From: Candidatus Izemoplasmatales bacterium
GTDB lineage: Bacteria; Bacillota_I; Bacilli_A; Izemoplasmatales; Hujiaoplasmataceae
Length of the DNA: 41,420 nt
Assembly: GCA_034004745.1 (NCBI GenBank)
Contig: JAVEWC010000001.1
Span: 1 to 41,420 of the forward strand
Direction of reading: 5' to 3'
Shown: positions 24,083 through 32,055 of the stretch, one piece after another
Layout: each line of letters opens with the position of its first letter
Position numbering within the stretch: position 1 is the first letter of the stretch
Position numbers and translations under genes: made by a program
The notes under the pieces: model-generated
What the model saw: the letters and a program-made list of their open reading frames with translations, nothing else
Told to the model about the DNA's origin: nothing
Database searches by the model: none

Positions 24083-25762
24083 ATTCCTTCTGTACAAAAT
24101 CGCTTCATAAGGCTTAAGCTTCATTGTTTCCTTAAGTTCAACCCTATCGCCATAGAAATATTCAAACCCTGTCAAAGATACATCTTTTAAGGAGATTTCG
24201 ATTTCATAATCCCTGAAATTGGCAATCATTAAATAATCTTTATCTTTACCCTTATTGATGTAACAATAACTTTCATTATCATCGATATTGATAAATTCAA
24301 TTTTACCAAAAACAATGTTCTTGGCGTCAGTTACACGGTGTTTTAAGATAAAACGATAAGTATTCAGGATCGAATTTTCGTCATTTTCCTGATTTTCAAC
24401 ATTTATTGTCTCATAATTGTAGTTGGTCTTGATCCAAGGTTCAGCTTTGGAAAAACCGCCATTAATGGAATTGTTCCATTGCATCGGTGTTCTTGCGTTG
24501 TCTCTTGAACGGTCAACTATTGCCTTTAATGCTTTTTCCTTGGTTGCGCCATTACCAATCATGTTGTTATATTCTGTAAAGACTTCCACATCCCGAAAAT
24601 CAGAGATATCGTCATATAAAACATTTGTCATGCCGATTTCTTCACCTTGATAGACAATTGCCGTGCCAGGCATGAAATATAACGTCATCGCCAACATTTT
24701 GGCAGATTTTTCCCAGTATTTTTCAGTGTTGCCATAATGTGACACGACTCGCGGTTGATCGTGGTTATGCCAATAGATCAAGTTAAATCCTTCATTGCCC
24801 ACAACCTTGTATTGATGTTCATAACTTTTCTTGATGTCGGTAACCCTGAGTTCGGTTTTCGACCACTTGCCGGTAATTGCTGGTTCAGTATAACCTGTAT
24901 CTGCCCAACAATGACCGAAATGAATCAAGAGATTGAATTCATGGGAATTGAAACCAACATACTTTCTGACCTCTTCTTTTGAAGCTCCGCCCGATTCGCC
25001 CAAGGTCAAGAGATTGTATGGTTCAAACAACTCCATGGCCAATTCCTTGATGTATTCATGGTGTTTTGGCAAAGAAGAGAAATTTTCATATCCCGGCATA
25101 CCGTCGGGAAAATCCCAATTCTTTTCCAGATGATTGGCAGCGTCGACCCTGAAACCGTCTATTCCTAAATCGATCCAATATTTGATGATTTTTTTCATGT
25201 CGTTCTTCATGTCTTCATTGCGCCAATTCAAGTCCGGCATTTTCTTGGAAAAAATATGAAGATAATATTCATCGGTAGCTTCATTATAATCCCAGGTCGG
25301 ACCACCAAACCAACTGATCCATCTTGTCGGTCTCATCATCAAGCCGTTCTTATCACGTTTTCCTTTTTGCCAAATGTAATAATCGTGATATTTATGATGG
25401 AGAGGATGGGCTGGATCTTTAGCAATCTTGAACCATTCATGTTCATCGGAAGTATGATTCAAAACCAAATCAACCAGAACTTTCATATCCAATTTCCGAG
25501 CTTTTTCAATCAATTGCTTAAAGCTCTTGATATCGCCATAATCAGGACTTACTGAATAAAAATCCCTGACATCGTAACCATTGTCGTCCATTGGGGAGTC
25601 ATAATGAGGCGATATCCAAATCGTCTCGATACCGATGCTTTTGAGATAAGGCAGTTTTTCCGCCACTCCCAGCAAATCGCCAATGCCGTCATTGTTTGAA
25701 TCATTGAAACTCCGTAAATATATTTGATATATATTAGTGGTCATCCACCATTTTTTTTGCAT
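24074..25762 (-). CDS. GH13 alpha-glucosidase (oligo-1,6-glucosidase / trehalose-6-P hydrolase-like)
   Basis: 562 aa. DLVLNHTSDEH, GFRVDAANH (nucleophile Asp), LGESGG (acid/base Glu) and WHNHDQPR. There is no signal peptide. Its ATG shares one base with the TAA stop of the upstream gene (TAATG). Confidence 0.9.
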   Translation of the reverse strand: MQKKWWMTTNIYQIYLRSFNDSNNDGIGDLLGVAEKLPYLKSIGIETIWISPHYDSPMDDNGYDVRDFYSVSPDYGDIKSFKQLIEKARKLDMKVLVDLVLNHTSDEHEWFKIAKDPAHPLHHKYHDYYIWQKGKRDKNGLMMRPTRWISWFGGPTWDYNEATDEYYLHIFSKKMPDLNWRNEDMKNDMKKIIKYWIDLGIDGFRVDAANHLEKNWDFPDGMPGYENFSSLPKHHEYIKELAMELFEPYNLLTLGESGGASKEEVRKYVGFNSHEFNLLIHFGHCWADTGYTEPAITGKWSKTELRVTDIKKSYEHQYKVVGNEGFNLIYWHNHDQPRVVSHYGNTEKYWEKSAKMLAMTLYFMPGTAIVYQGEEIGMTNVLYDDISDFRDVEVFTEYNNMIGNGATKEKALKAIVDRSRDNARTPMQWNNSINGGFSKAEPWIKTNYNYETINVENQENDENSILNTYRFILKHRVTDAKNIVFGKIEFINIDDNESYCYINKGKDKDYLMIANFRDYEIEISLKDVSLTGFEYFYGDRVELKETMKLKPYEAILYRRNKA

Positions 25763-28542
25763 TACTTTCCTCCACTTTTCAACAGTTTTAAACTGTCGAT
25801 TTTTGCATATGCCTCACCCATTACGAATTTGATGGACTTTTCAGTCAAGAAACTCTTGGTCAAACCCGTTTTTTGATGGTCAAAGATCAATGTCAAATTC
25901 TTTTCCTTCGCTATCTTCAAGAAATGATCAAAACCTTCCGCCATTGCTTCTTCACTAGTAAAAATCAAGAATTCCACCTGGTTCAAATCAGTTATGTTAC
26001 GAAAAGCAAAGTTTTTGAAAACATTGAAAAAGACCAATCTTTCTTTTGGTAATTCCATTATATCCAAAGAACGATATTCTTCATAATCGATTGCATAGAT
26101 TATTTCCGAATTATTAAAACTCTTTTGATTCAATCGCTTTTTCATCTCTTTGAAAGCATCCTTGTCAAGCAAGGTCTTAAGTGATACCTGAAAGATGAAT
26201 TTAGCCTTGACATTGGCCAGTTTGACTTCTTTTACCAAAGTCTTGATCAACAGCTGGTCCCATTCGCTTTCCAAATTGTTGGCTTGTAAAACTCGCTTTA
26301 ATGAAGCCTTGTTGCCAAGCAACACTCGGTGCAGGATGTCGACGAAGAGATATTCGTAGCTCGATGTTTGCCAATCCACGACAAATTGATAGGATAAACG
26401 GATATTGTTCTCCAACAATATCTTCTTGGCATTGACAAGAATGGTCTTGGCAACTTCCTTATTGGTCCGATAAGCTTTGCTGTCAGCTAAAAATCTGATA
26501 TCGGAAGTTGTCAAACTATTCAAGTATTTCAAATCTTCCAAATCCGTTTTGGTTATCTGGTCTTGAATGTTGATTTGTGAGACCCTGATTTCAATTCGTT
26601 CATCAAGACTCTTGATTAATTCGTCGTAAATGCGTTTACTGATGCGTTTATCCTTGGTCTTAAGCAACAGGTAAAAATTATCCAAACCTTCAAGATAAAG
26701 ATTTTGAAAGTAGTTCCTGGAACTTTCCTTCAAGGTGTGGTAGATAAGTTCTATTGTTTCATCATACCTTGTATAGGTATAATCCCTGAAGAAATCATGA
26801 TAATTCCGGAGATTGAACATCATTACCGACAAATCATCCTTGATGACTTCTTCCGTGATGAATTTATAATCGTAAAATTTAGTTGTTACTTTCTTTTCTT
26901 CCCTAATTTCTCCTAAGAGGTAAAGATCCATTTCATCTCTAAAAATCTTGAAATTGATGGTTTTGATCTTTTCTCCCTGATATTTAAGTGTAAGCGAATC
27001 CTTGCCCAACAATTCATCAACATAAACGTTCTTGACTAAGCGGCTCTGGAAGTCTTCCATGGCCAAATAATTTTTTTCAGTTTCCAATAATACTTTCGCT
27101 GCTTCATTCAGCAGTCTCAAGTTGTTTTCTTTCAAAAGGATCAAGGCCAGATTTTCTTTTTCCAGGATAAAAGTCAGATTTTTCAAGAGATTATCCCTGG
27201 TCTTGTTCTCGTTAAAATCCTCTATTAACTTGTTTGTTATGACAGTTGCATAATCAAAGATTTTTTTGGCATTGTAAAAATCGGTAATAGAAAGATAAAA
27301 GACCAGATAATCAAAATCTTTCATCTTCTTGACCAAGATATACTTCGTCTTTTCCGTCAAAAACAGATCATTGGTAAAAGTTGAGATGATTTCACCATCA
27401 TATACTTCCCGGTATTCCTGAGCCACCAAATCAGCATAGACATTCTTGTCACCATCTGCTAAATCGACGGTTCTTTCCAACAATAAACCTTTGGTATAAT
27501 GATTGATCTTGATTTTACCGTCCGCTAATTTTACCTGGACAAGCTTCTCAAACAGTTTGAGATAATCGATTTCCTTGAAGACGGTCTGGATTATCTCTCT
27601 TTCCTTGGTAAAACGCAAACTATAATTATTGTCGATGAATCTAAGGATGAAATCATGGACATTGACGAATCTATAGGTATTTTCCTCAATCTCCTTGATT
27701 AAAGCCGTTATAATAGCTTCATCACTGCGGTTATTCAGTTTCTTCATCAACTTTATGGCCGCCTGATAAAAAGCCAAACGGGACTGTCTCGATAAAACCC
27801 GTTTCATTATCGGCAGATGTTTTTGATAGAATGAATAGGCTTCAGCCGGTTGATTAAGCGCAATTTGAATATTGATGTAACGGTCAAGGTAACGATATTT
27901 GTTATTGGTCTTGATGAAGTAATCCTCATAAACCGCTAAGGCTTTCAAATAGTTTTTTTCATGCATCAACAAATCGCATTCAGCCAATAAAAAGGCATGA
28001 TTCTTCTTGGTTCGGTCAAAGAAAACAGCTTTTTCATAATGCTTCTTGGCCGCCTCATAATTTTCGATTTTTAGATAAAGCATCGATAACTTCAAATATT
28101 TGTTGACAAGATTCTGATTGGAAATACTATCCTTGATATTTTCGAGGATATTAATCGCCTCTGAATTGTCATTCAATCCTTCGTAAGCCACTGCGTAATA
28201 GAACTTCTGCATCAGGAAATCCGATTCTTTATCGATTAAATCAACTCGATGATCTAGAACTTGTTTCAACATGACAAAATCTTCAATCTTCAAGAGCACT
28301 GTAAGCAGTTTATTGGCAACTTGTAATCTGGTTTCTCTACCTGTCAGAAAATCGTCTTCTAAAGCATTGGACAAGACTTTGACAATTTGATCATACTTTT
28401 TTTCTTGGGTCAAAAAGTTAACAAAATCAAAAATTAATTCCAAACGTAAAGAACTATCGTTTTTGATATCCGCTAGTGCTTTTTCATATTTTTCACTGGA
28501 TGGTGATTTTTTCAGTTCTGATAGTAGTGAAGAATTATCCAT
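25762..28542 (-). CDS. 926-aa cytoplasmic multidomain protein: TPR-like N-terminus, sensor-like middle, and degenerate GGDEF-like and EAL-like domains
   Basis: Amino acids ~40-290 are helical repeats with TPR-style Y/A/L spacing (..YEAAKKHYEKAVFFD..). Amino acids ~570-630 (LSVMMFNLRNYHDFFRDYTYTRYDETIELIY...LYLEGLDNFYLLLK) align by eye to the GGDEF core, with GLDNF in place of GGDEF. Amino acids ~700-920 (IRLSYQFVVDW..SYEYLFVDILHR..FQVSL..IDYEE..NVFKNF..IFDHQKT..VMGE) follow the EAL-domain motif order, but the catalytic residues are replaced. No TM segment is present. Confidence 0.55.
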   Translation of the reverse strand: MDNSSLLSELKKSPSSEKYEKALADIKNDSSLRLELIFDFVNFLTQEKKYDQIVKVLSNALEDDFLTGRETRLQVANKLLTVLLKIEDFVMLKQVLDHRVDLIDKESDFLMQKFYYAVAYEGLNDNSEAINILENIKDSISNQNLVNKYLKLSMLYLKIENYEAAKKHYEKAVFFDRTKKNHAFLLAECDLLMHEKNYLKALAVYEDYFIKTNNKYRYLDRYINIQIALNQPAEAYSFYQKHLPIMKRVLSRQSRLAFYQAAIKLMKKLNNRSDEAIITALIKEIEENTYRFVNVHDFILRFIDNNYSLRFTKEREIIQTVFKEIDYLKLFEKLVQVKLADGKIKINHYTKGLLLERTVDLADGDKNVYADLVAQEYREVYDGEIISTFTNDLFLTEKTKYILVKKMKDFDYLVFYLSITDFYNAKKIFDYATVITNKLIEDFNENKTRDNLLKNLTFILEKENLALILLKENNLRLLNEAAKVLLETEKNYLAMEDFQSRLVKNVYVDELLGKDSLTLKYQGEKIKTINFKIFRDEMDLYLLGEIREEKKVTTKFYDYKFITEEVIKDDLSVMMFNLRNYHDFFRDYTYTRYDETIELIYHTLKESSRNYFQNLYLEGLDNFYLLLKTKDKRISKRIYDELIKSLDERIEIRVSQINIQDQITKTDLEDLKYLNSLTTSDIRFLADSKAYRTNKEVAKTILVNAKKILLENNIRLSYQFVVDWQTSSYEYLFVDILHRVLLGNKASLKRVLQANNLESEWDQLLIKTLVKEVKLANVKAKFIFQVSLKTLLDKDAFKEMKKRLNQKSFNNSEIIYAIDYEEYRSLDIMELPKERLVFFNVFKNFAFRNITDLNQVEFLIFTSEEAMAEGFDHFLKIAKEKNLTLIFDHQKTGLTKSFLTEKSIKFVMGEAYAKIDSLKLLKSGGK

Positions 28543-28544
28543 AC

Positions 28545-29045
28545 TTACCTTGTTTTCTCTAATTTATTGATTAGATTGCCATATATGTTATAGATACTAA
28601 GTTCAATTTTATTCTTTTCGAGTTCAACTACCGCAAAAGTCGGATTTTCATTGGAACGCCAACTGGATAAACTGCCGGGATTCAAAAGAATCACTCCAGC
28701 TTTTTCTTCCAAAAAGGAGCGATGGGTATGACCAAATGCAACTAAATCATAATTATTGTTGCGGGCTTTTTCCAAAAGCATCGTAACTCCACTTTTGACA
28801 TGATAGAGATGTCCATGGGTAAAATAACACTTCCATCCCTCAAAATCAAAATCAAGTTCATAAGGAAATTTCGGTTCAAAAGGATAATTGCCCTTGACCC
28901 CAAAAATCTCCAAATCACTCAACTCTTTTTCTTTCATCTCCGAATCTCCCAAGGAGATGATACGATCGAGCGGTTGATAGCGTTGGATGATTCGCGGTAA
29001 ATTGTCTTTTTCGCCATGATTGTCGCTAAAAATCAGAATTCTCAT
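28545..29045 (-). CDS. YfcE/MJ0936-family metallophosphoesterase (YsnB-like)
   Basis: 166 aa. Motifs SDNHG, LGDSE, GNYPFE, THGH and GHTH. It follows rdgB, as in the Bacillus ysnA-ysnB pair. Confidence 0.85.
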   Translation of the reverse strand: MRILIFSDNHGEKDNLPRIIQRYQPLDRIISLGDSEMKEKELSDLEIFGVKGNYPFEPKFPYELDFDFEGWKCYFTHGHLYHVKSGVTMLLEKARNNNYDLVAFGHTHRSFLEEKAGVILLNPGSLSSWRSNENPTFAVVELEKNKIELSIYNIYGNLINKLEKTR

Positions 29046-29616
29046 CTAATAAGTCCTTTTTCAGTTTTTCGATTGCTTTACCCCGGTGTGATACCAAGTG
29101 TTTTTCATCCAAATTGAGTTCGGCATAGGTTTTGTCCAAACCATCCACCAAAAATAGCGGATCATAACCAAATCCGTTACTGCCTCTTTTTTCTTCTATG
29201 ATTTTCCCCAAGGTTCTTCCTTCATAGATACGGATGTCTTGAGGTGAAAGATATAGACAGATTGAAGATTGAAAATAAGCAGTTCTGTCTTTGGCTGATT
29301 TGAGTTTTTCAAGTAATAAGGCATTATTATCTTCATCAGTCTGGCTTTTTGAGAAACGTTTGGATTTCACTCCCAATTCGTTCCTTAAAGCATTAACTAC
29401 CAAACCGGAATCATCCGCAATCACCGGTCGGTGATAGATGTCATAAAGAGGCTTGGCCTTTAGTATGGCATTTTCTGCGAATGTCAAAGCATTTTCCTCA
29501 ATTTCCAAGTCAATCCCCAAATCGATAATGGAAATGATTTTAAAGTCCTTCAAAGCATTTTGATATTCTTTTATTTTGCCAGGGTTCTTGCTGGCAATGA
29601 TAATTTCTTTTTTCAT
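29026..29616 (-). CDS. rdgB: Non-canonical purine NTP pyrophosphatase (Ham1/RdgB)
   Basis: 196 aa. IIASKNPGKIKEY, the FGYDPLF motif and SHRGKA. Confidence 0.9.
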   Translation of the reverse strand: MKKEIIIASKNPGKIKEYQNALKDFKIISIIDLGIDLEIEENALTFAENAILKAKPLYDIYHRPVIADDSGLVVNALRNELGVKSKRFSKSQTDEDNNALLLEKLKSAKDRTAYFQSSICLYLSPQDIRIYEGRTLGKIIEEKRGSNGFGYDPLFLVDGLDKTYAELNLDEKHLVSHRGKAIEKLKKDLLDENSDF

Positions 29617-29622
29617 AAGTAG

Positions 29623-29651
29623 TAAAAAAAGTTAAGAAAAAATTCTTAACT
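29623..29651 (-). terminator. Intrinsic terminator after ktrA
   Basis: On the minus-strand RNA, AGUUAAGAA (29651-29643), a UUUU loop, then UUCUUAACU (29638-29630) followed by U6. It ends 7 nt before the rdgB ATG. Confidence 0.6.
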
Positions 29652-30331
29652 TATCCCACAAACTTCTTCTGTTTCAACCATTGCGTAAACTTTTCAATCA
29701 AGTCGTTACGGCCTACCAGAAGAATCTCATCATCATTTTCAAAAGGTGTTTGGGAAGAAGGGATCATAATTTGGTTGTTTCTTCTAACCGCCACTATGTT
29801 TACTCCGAAATTTCGGCGAATATCCAGTTCCAAAAGATTCTTGCCAATCATCCTCTTTGTCACTTCGGTAGAAATGAAGGAATAGTCCTTGTCCAACTGT
29901 AAATACTCCAAAAAATTACCGGATATCAAGATGGTTGCCAAACGTTTTCCGGTATCTTGTTCCGGCCAAACCAAATGTTCTTTGTCAACCCCTAACTTTT
30001 CCACGACTCTGGCATGGTACTCGCTTTGCACCTTGACATAGACTTCTTTTACACCTAAATCCTTCAAAATCAAAGTCGTCAAGATTGAATTGTCGACGTT
30101 CATGCCGGTAGCGACGATTACCGTATCATAGTTGGCGATGCCAATTTCCTTCAAGGCTTCTACGTCAGTAGAATCCAAACAAACGGCGTTTGTGACCATT
30201 TTTGCTATTTTTTCGATTTTATCGAAATTTTTATCAATAACCAATACGTCTGCTTCCAGTTCTACCAATTCTTCAATTAACGCTAGGCCAAATCGACCGA
30301 CACCGATAACCGCAAATGATTTTTTTGACAT
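29651..30331 (-). CDS. ktrA: Potassium uptake regulatory protein, TrkA/KtrA family (RCK domains)
   Basis: AVIGVGRFGLAL Rossmann motif (TrkA-N) plus a TrkA-C domain. The start is placed at ATG 30331 (MSKKSFAVIG), which has a GAGGT SD 7 nt upstream. The track start at 30355 lies upstream of the predicted transcription start. Confidence 0.85.
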   Translation of the reverse strand: MSKKSFAVIGVGRFGLALIEELVELEADVLVIDKNFDKIEKIAKMVTNAVCLDSTDVEALKEIGIANYDTVIVATGMNVDNSILTTLILKDLGVKEVYVKVQSEYHARVVEKLGVDKEHLVWPEQDTGKRLATILISGNFLEYLQLDKDYSFISTEVTKRMIGKNLLELDIRRNFGVNIVAVRRNNQIMIPSSQTPFENDDEILLVGRNDLIEKFTQWLKQKKFVG

Positions 30332-30359
30332 ATGCATTACCTCTTTCTTATTCATATTT

Positions 30360-30387
30360 ATTATACTAGACTATCGCATTTTGTCAA
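30360..30387 (-). promoter_or_regulatory. Promoter of ktrA
   Basis: On the minus strand, TTGACA (30387-30382), a 16-nt spacer, then TATAAT (30365-30360). Confidence 0.6.
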
Positions 30388-30471
30388 TGTAGCGCGCTTT
30401 AAATATTAAATATTCTTAGTGTACAAAATTGTCGAATTTAGTTATAATGATAATACGAGGTGAAGATAACT

Positions 30472-31584
30472 ATGTATGAACAAGACGATTTATTTGATAA
30501 ATCCCCCGATTTTACCCAAGAAACAATTACTGAAAAAAAACCTATCTATAATAACGCTCCTCAGGATTTTTATGCTAGATCTAAAGAACTGAGGATTAAT
30601 TCTTTACTGGTTGCCGTCTATATCGGCGTTCAATTGATTCTCTCCTTCTTTGCCGGCATGTACGTCGATGCCACTTATTCTTATCTAGAAGAAGCTCTTA
30701 ACAATGTGGAAGAGACTGTTACTGTAGATTTTTCTATTGCTCCAAATTTGGAAGAATCAACCAAGGAAGATTATCCTTATGTGATTACCATATTCGGAGA
30801 ATTCAAAAACAATTATGAAAGAGAAATTCCTGAATTTTATGTTGATATTGAACTGTTCGACATTGGAAACAAGTCGATAGGAATCCATAGTATAAGCCGT
30901 AAAGAATTTTTGACTTCACAAACATTTAATTTCAGTGAAGAAGTTCTTTCATCTGCTGAAGTTATCACCTACACCAAACAAATCTCCGCAGCTCCGCCAA
31001 CACTCATAACCAATGGCATCTATCTATTGATTACCGTTGTTATCGGCATCAGTCTGGTATTGATTGACAAGGAAAAGTTTATCACTGATTTTAAATCATT
31101 TAAAAAGGATTACAAAGGCTACATCACCCAGATGTTCATCGGCTTTTTAATGATTTATGGCGTCTTGATTGCCAGTTCCATGCTCTTATCTTTCTTTGGC
31201 ATTACCGAAACATCCAACAACGAATTGTTGATTCAACAAATGTTTGACGACAATCCTTATAATTTGGCAATTTTATTCTTCAATTTAGTCATTTTCACAC
31301 CGGTAATTGAAGAACTAATCTTCAGAAAGGTAATGTTCTCATATTTGGAACCGCGACTAAAACCGGTATTAACCATTATCTTGACCGGTCTGATCTTTGC
31401 TTTCATGCATATTCAAGGCGATTACATCCAGATGATTCCTTATGGCGGCATGGGAATAGTATTGGGGTACGTCTATTATAAAAGCAACCGCAACATCTAT
31501 GCATCTATCGGTTCCCATCTTTTGAACAATCTGTTCAGCTGGTTGGTTTACGTCCTGACGATTTATGGTTTACTGCAACTATAA
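30472..31584 (+). CDS. CPBP (CAAX/Abi) family intramembrane glutamic endopeptidase with a long N-terminal extension
   Basis: Motifs EELIFRKVMF (EExxxR), FAFMH (FxxxH) and HLLNN sit within multi-TM segments. The start is placed at ATG 30472, which has a GAGGTG SD 9 nt upstream. Confidence 0.8.
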   Translation: MYEQDDLFDKSPDFTQETITEKKPIYNNAPQDFYARSKELRINSLLVAVYIGVQLILSFFAGMYVDATYSYLEEALNNVEETVTVDFSIAPNLEESTKEDYPYVITIFGEFKNNYEREIPEFYVDIELFDIGNKSIGIHSISRKEFLTSQTFNFSEEVLSSAEVITYTKQISAAPPTLITNGIYLLITVVIGISLVLIDKEKFITDFKSFKKDYKGYITQMFIGFLMIYGVLIASSMLLSFFGITETSNNELLIQQMFDDNPYNLAILFFNLVIFTPVIEELIFRKVMFSYLEPRLKPVLTIILTGLIFAFMHIQGDYIQMIPYGGMGIVLGYVYYKSNRNIYASIGSHLLNNLFSWLVYVLTIYGLLQL

Positions 31585-31594
31585 CTAAAAAAAT

Positions 31595-31629
31595 AGGTCT
31601 TAAGAAAATTATCTTAAGGCCTTTTTTAT
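31595..31629 (+). terminator. Intrinsic terminator after the CPBP gene
   Basis: AGGTCTTAAG (31595-31604) pairs with CTTAAGGCCT (31613-31622). The single non-Watson-Crick position is a U.G pair only on the plus strand. TTTTTT follows. Confidence 0.7.
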
Positions 31630-31632
31630 TTA

Positions 31633-31669
31633 TATAAAGAAAAGTGACTGAAACCATTAAGGCTTCAGT
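31633..31669 (-). terminator. Intrinsic terminator after hup
   Basis: On the minus-strand RNA, ACUGAAGCC (31669-31661), a UUAAU loop, then GGUUUCAGU (31655-31647). The G.U pair forms only on the minus strand. The U-rich tract CACUUUUCUUUAU follows. Confidence 0.65.
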
Positions 31670-31687
31670 CAAATCGTTAAACAAAGA

Positions 31688-31960
31688 TTAACGAACTTTT
31701 TCTTTTAAAACTTTTCCAGCTTTGAAAGTAGGTGCATTCAATGAAGGAATGTGAATAGTTTCGCCAGTTCTAGGGTCATGACCTGATCTAGCTTTGCGTG
31801 ATTTAACTTCGAAAGTTCCGAATCCAGTTAAAACAACTTTTTCACCTTTCACTAATGCTTCTTGGATAGCCAATACAGTTGAGTTCAAAGCAGCTTCTGC
31901 ATCCTTTTTTGATAATTCTGCTAAGTCAGCTATTCTTGCAACTAATTCTGATTTGTTCAT
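31688..31960 (-). CDS. hup: DNA-binding protein HU
   Basis: 90 aa. MNKSELVARIA..GFGTFEVKSRKARSGHDPRTGETI..FKAGK is the canonical HU pattern. Confidence 0.95.
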   Translation of the reverse strand: MNKSELVARIADLAELSKKDAEAALNSTVLAIQEALVKGEKVVLTGFGTFEVKSRKARSGHDPRTGETIHIPSLNAPTFKAGKVLKEKVR

Positions 31961-31991
31961 ATTCTTTTTTCCTCCTTTTAAAGATAGTCCA

Positions 31992-32020
31992 ATTATAAAT
32001 CTAATATTTCAAAAAAGCAA
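31992..32020 (-). promoter_or_regulatory. Promoter of hup
   Basis: On the minus strand, TTGCTT (32020-32015), a 17-nt spacer, then TATAAT (31997-31992). An AAAGGAGGA SD lies before the ATG. Confidence 0.6.
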
Positions 32021-32055
32021 GCCGTTTAGCGAAAAAAAACACTTTTTTATTAATT

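Noticed and set aside
29641-29660. DnaA-box-like TTATCCCACA
   Set aside because: It is a single imperfect copy with one extra C relative to TTATCCACA. It lies inside the ktrA stop/terminator region and is not part of a cluster of boxes or an AT-rich unwinding element.
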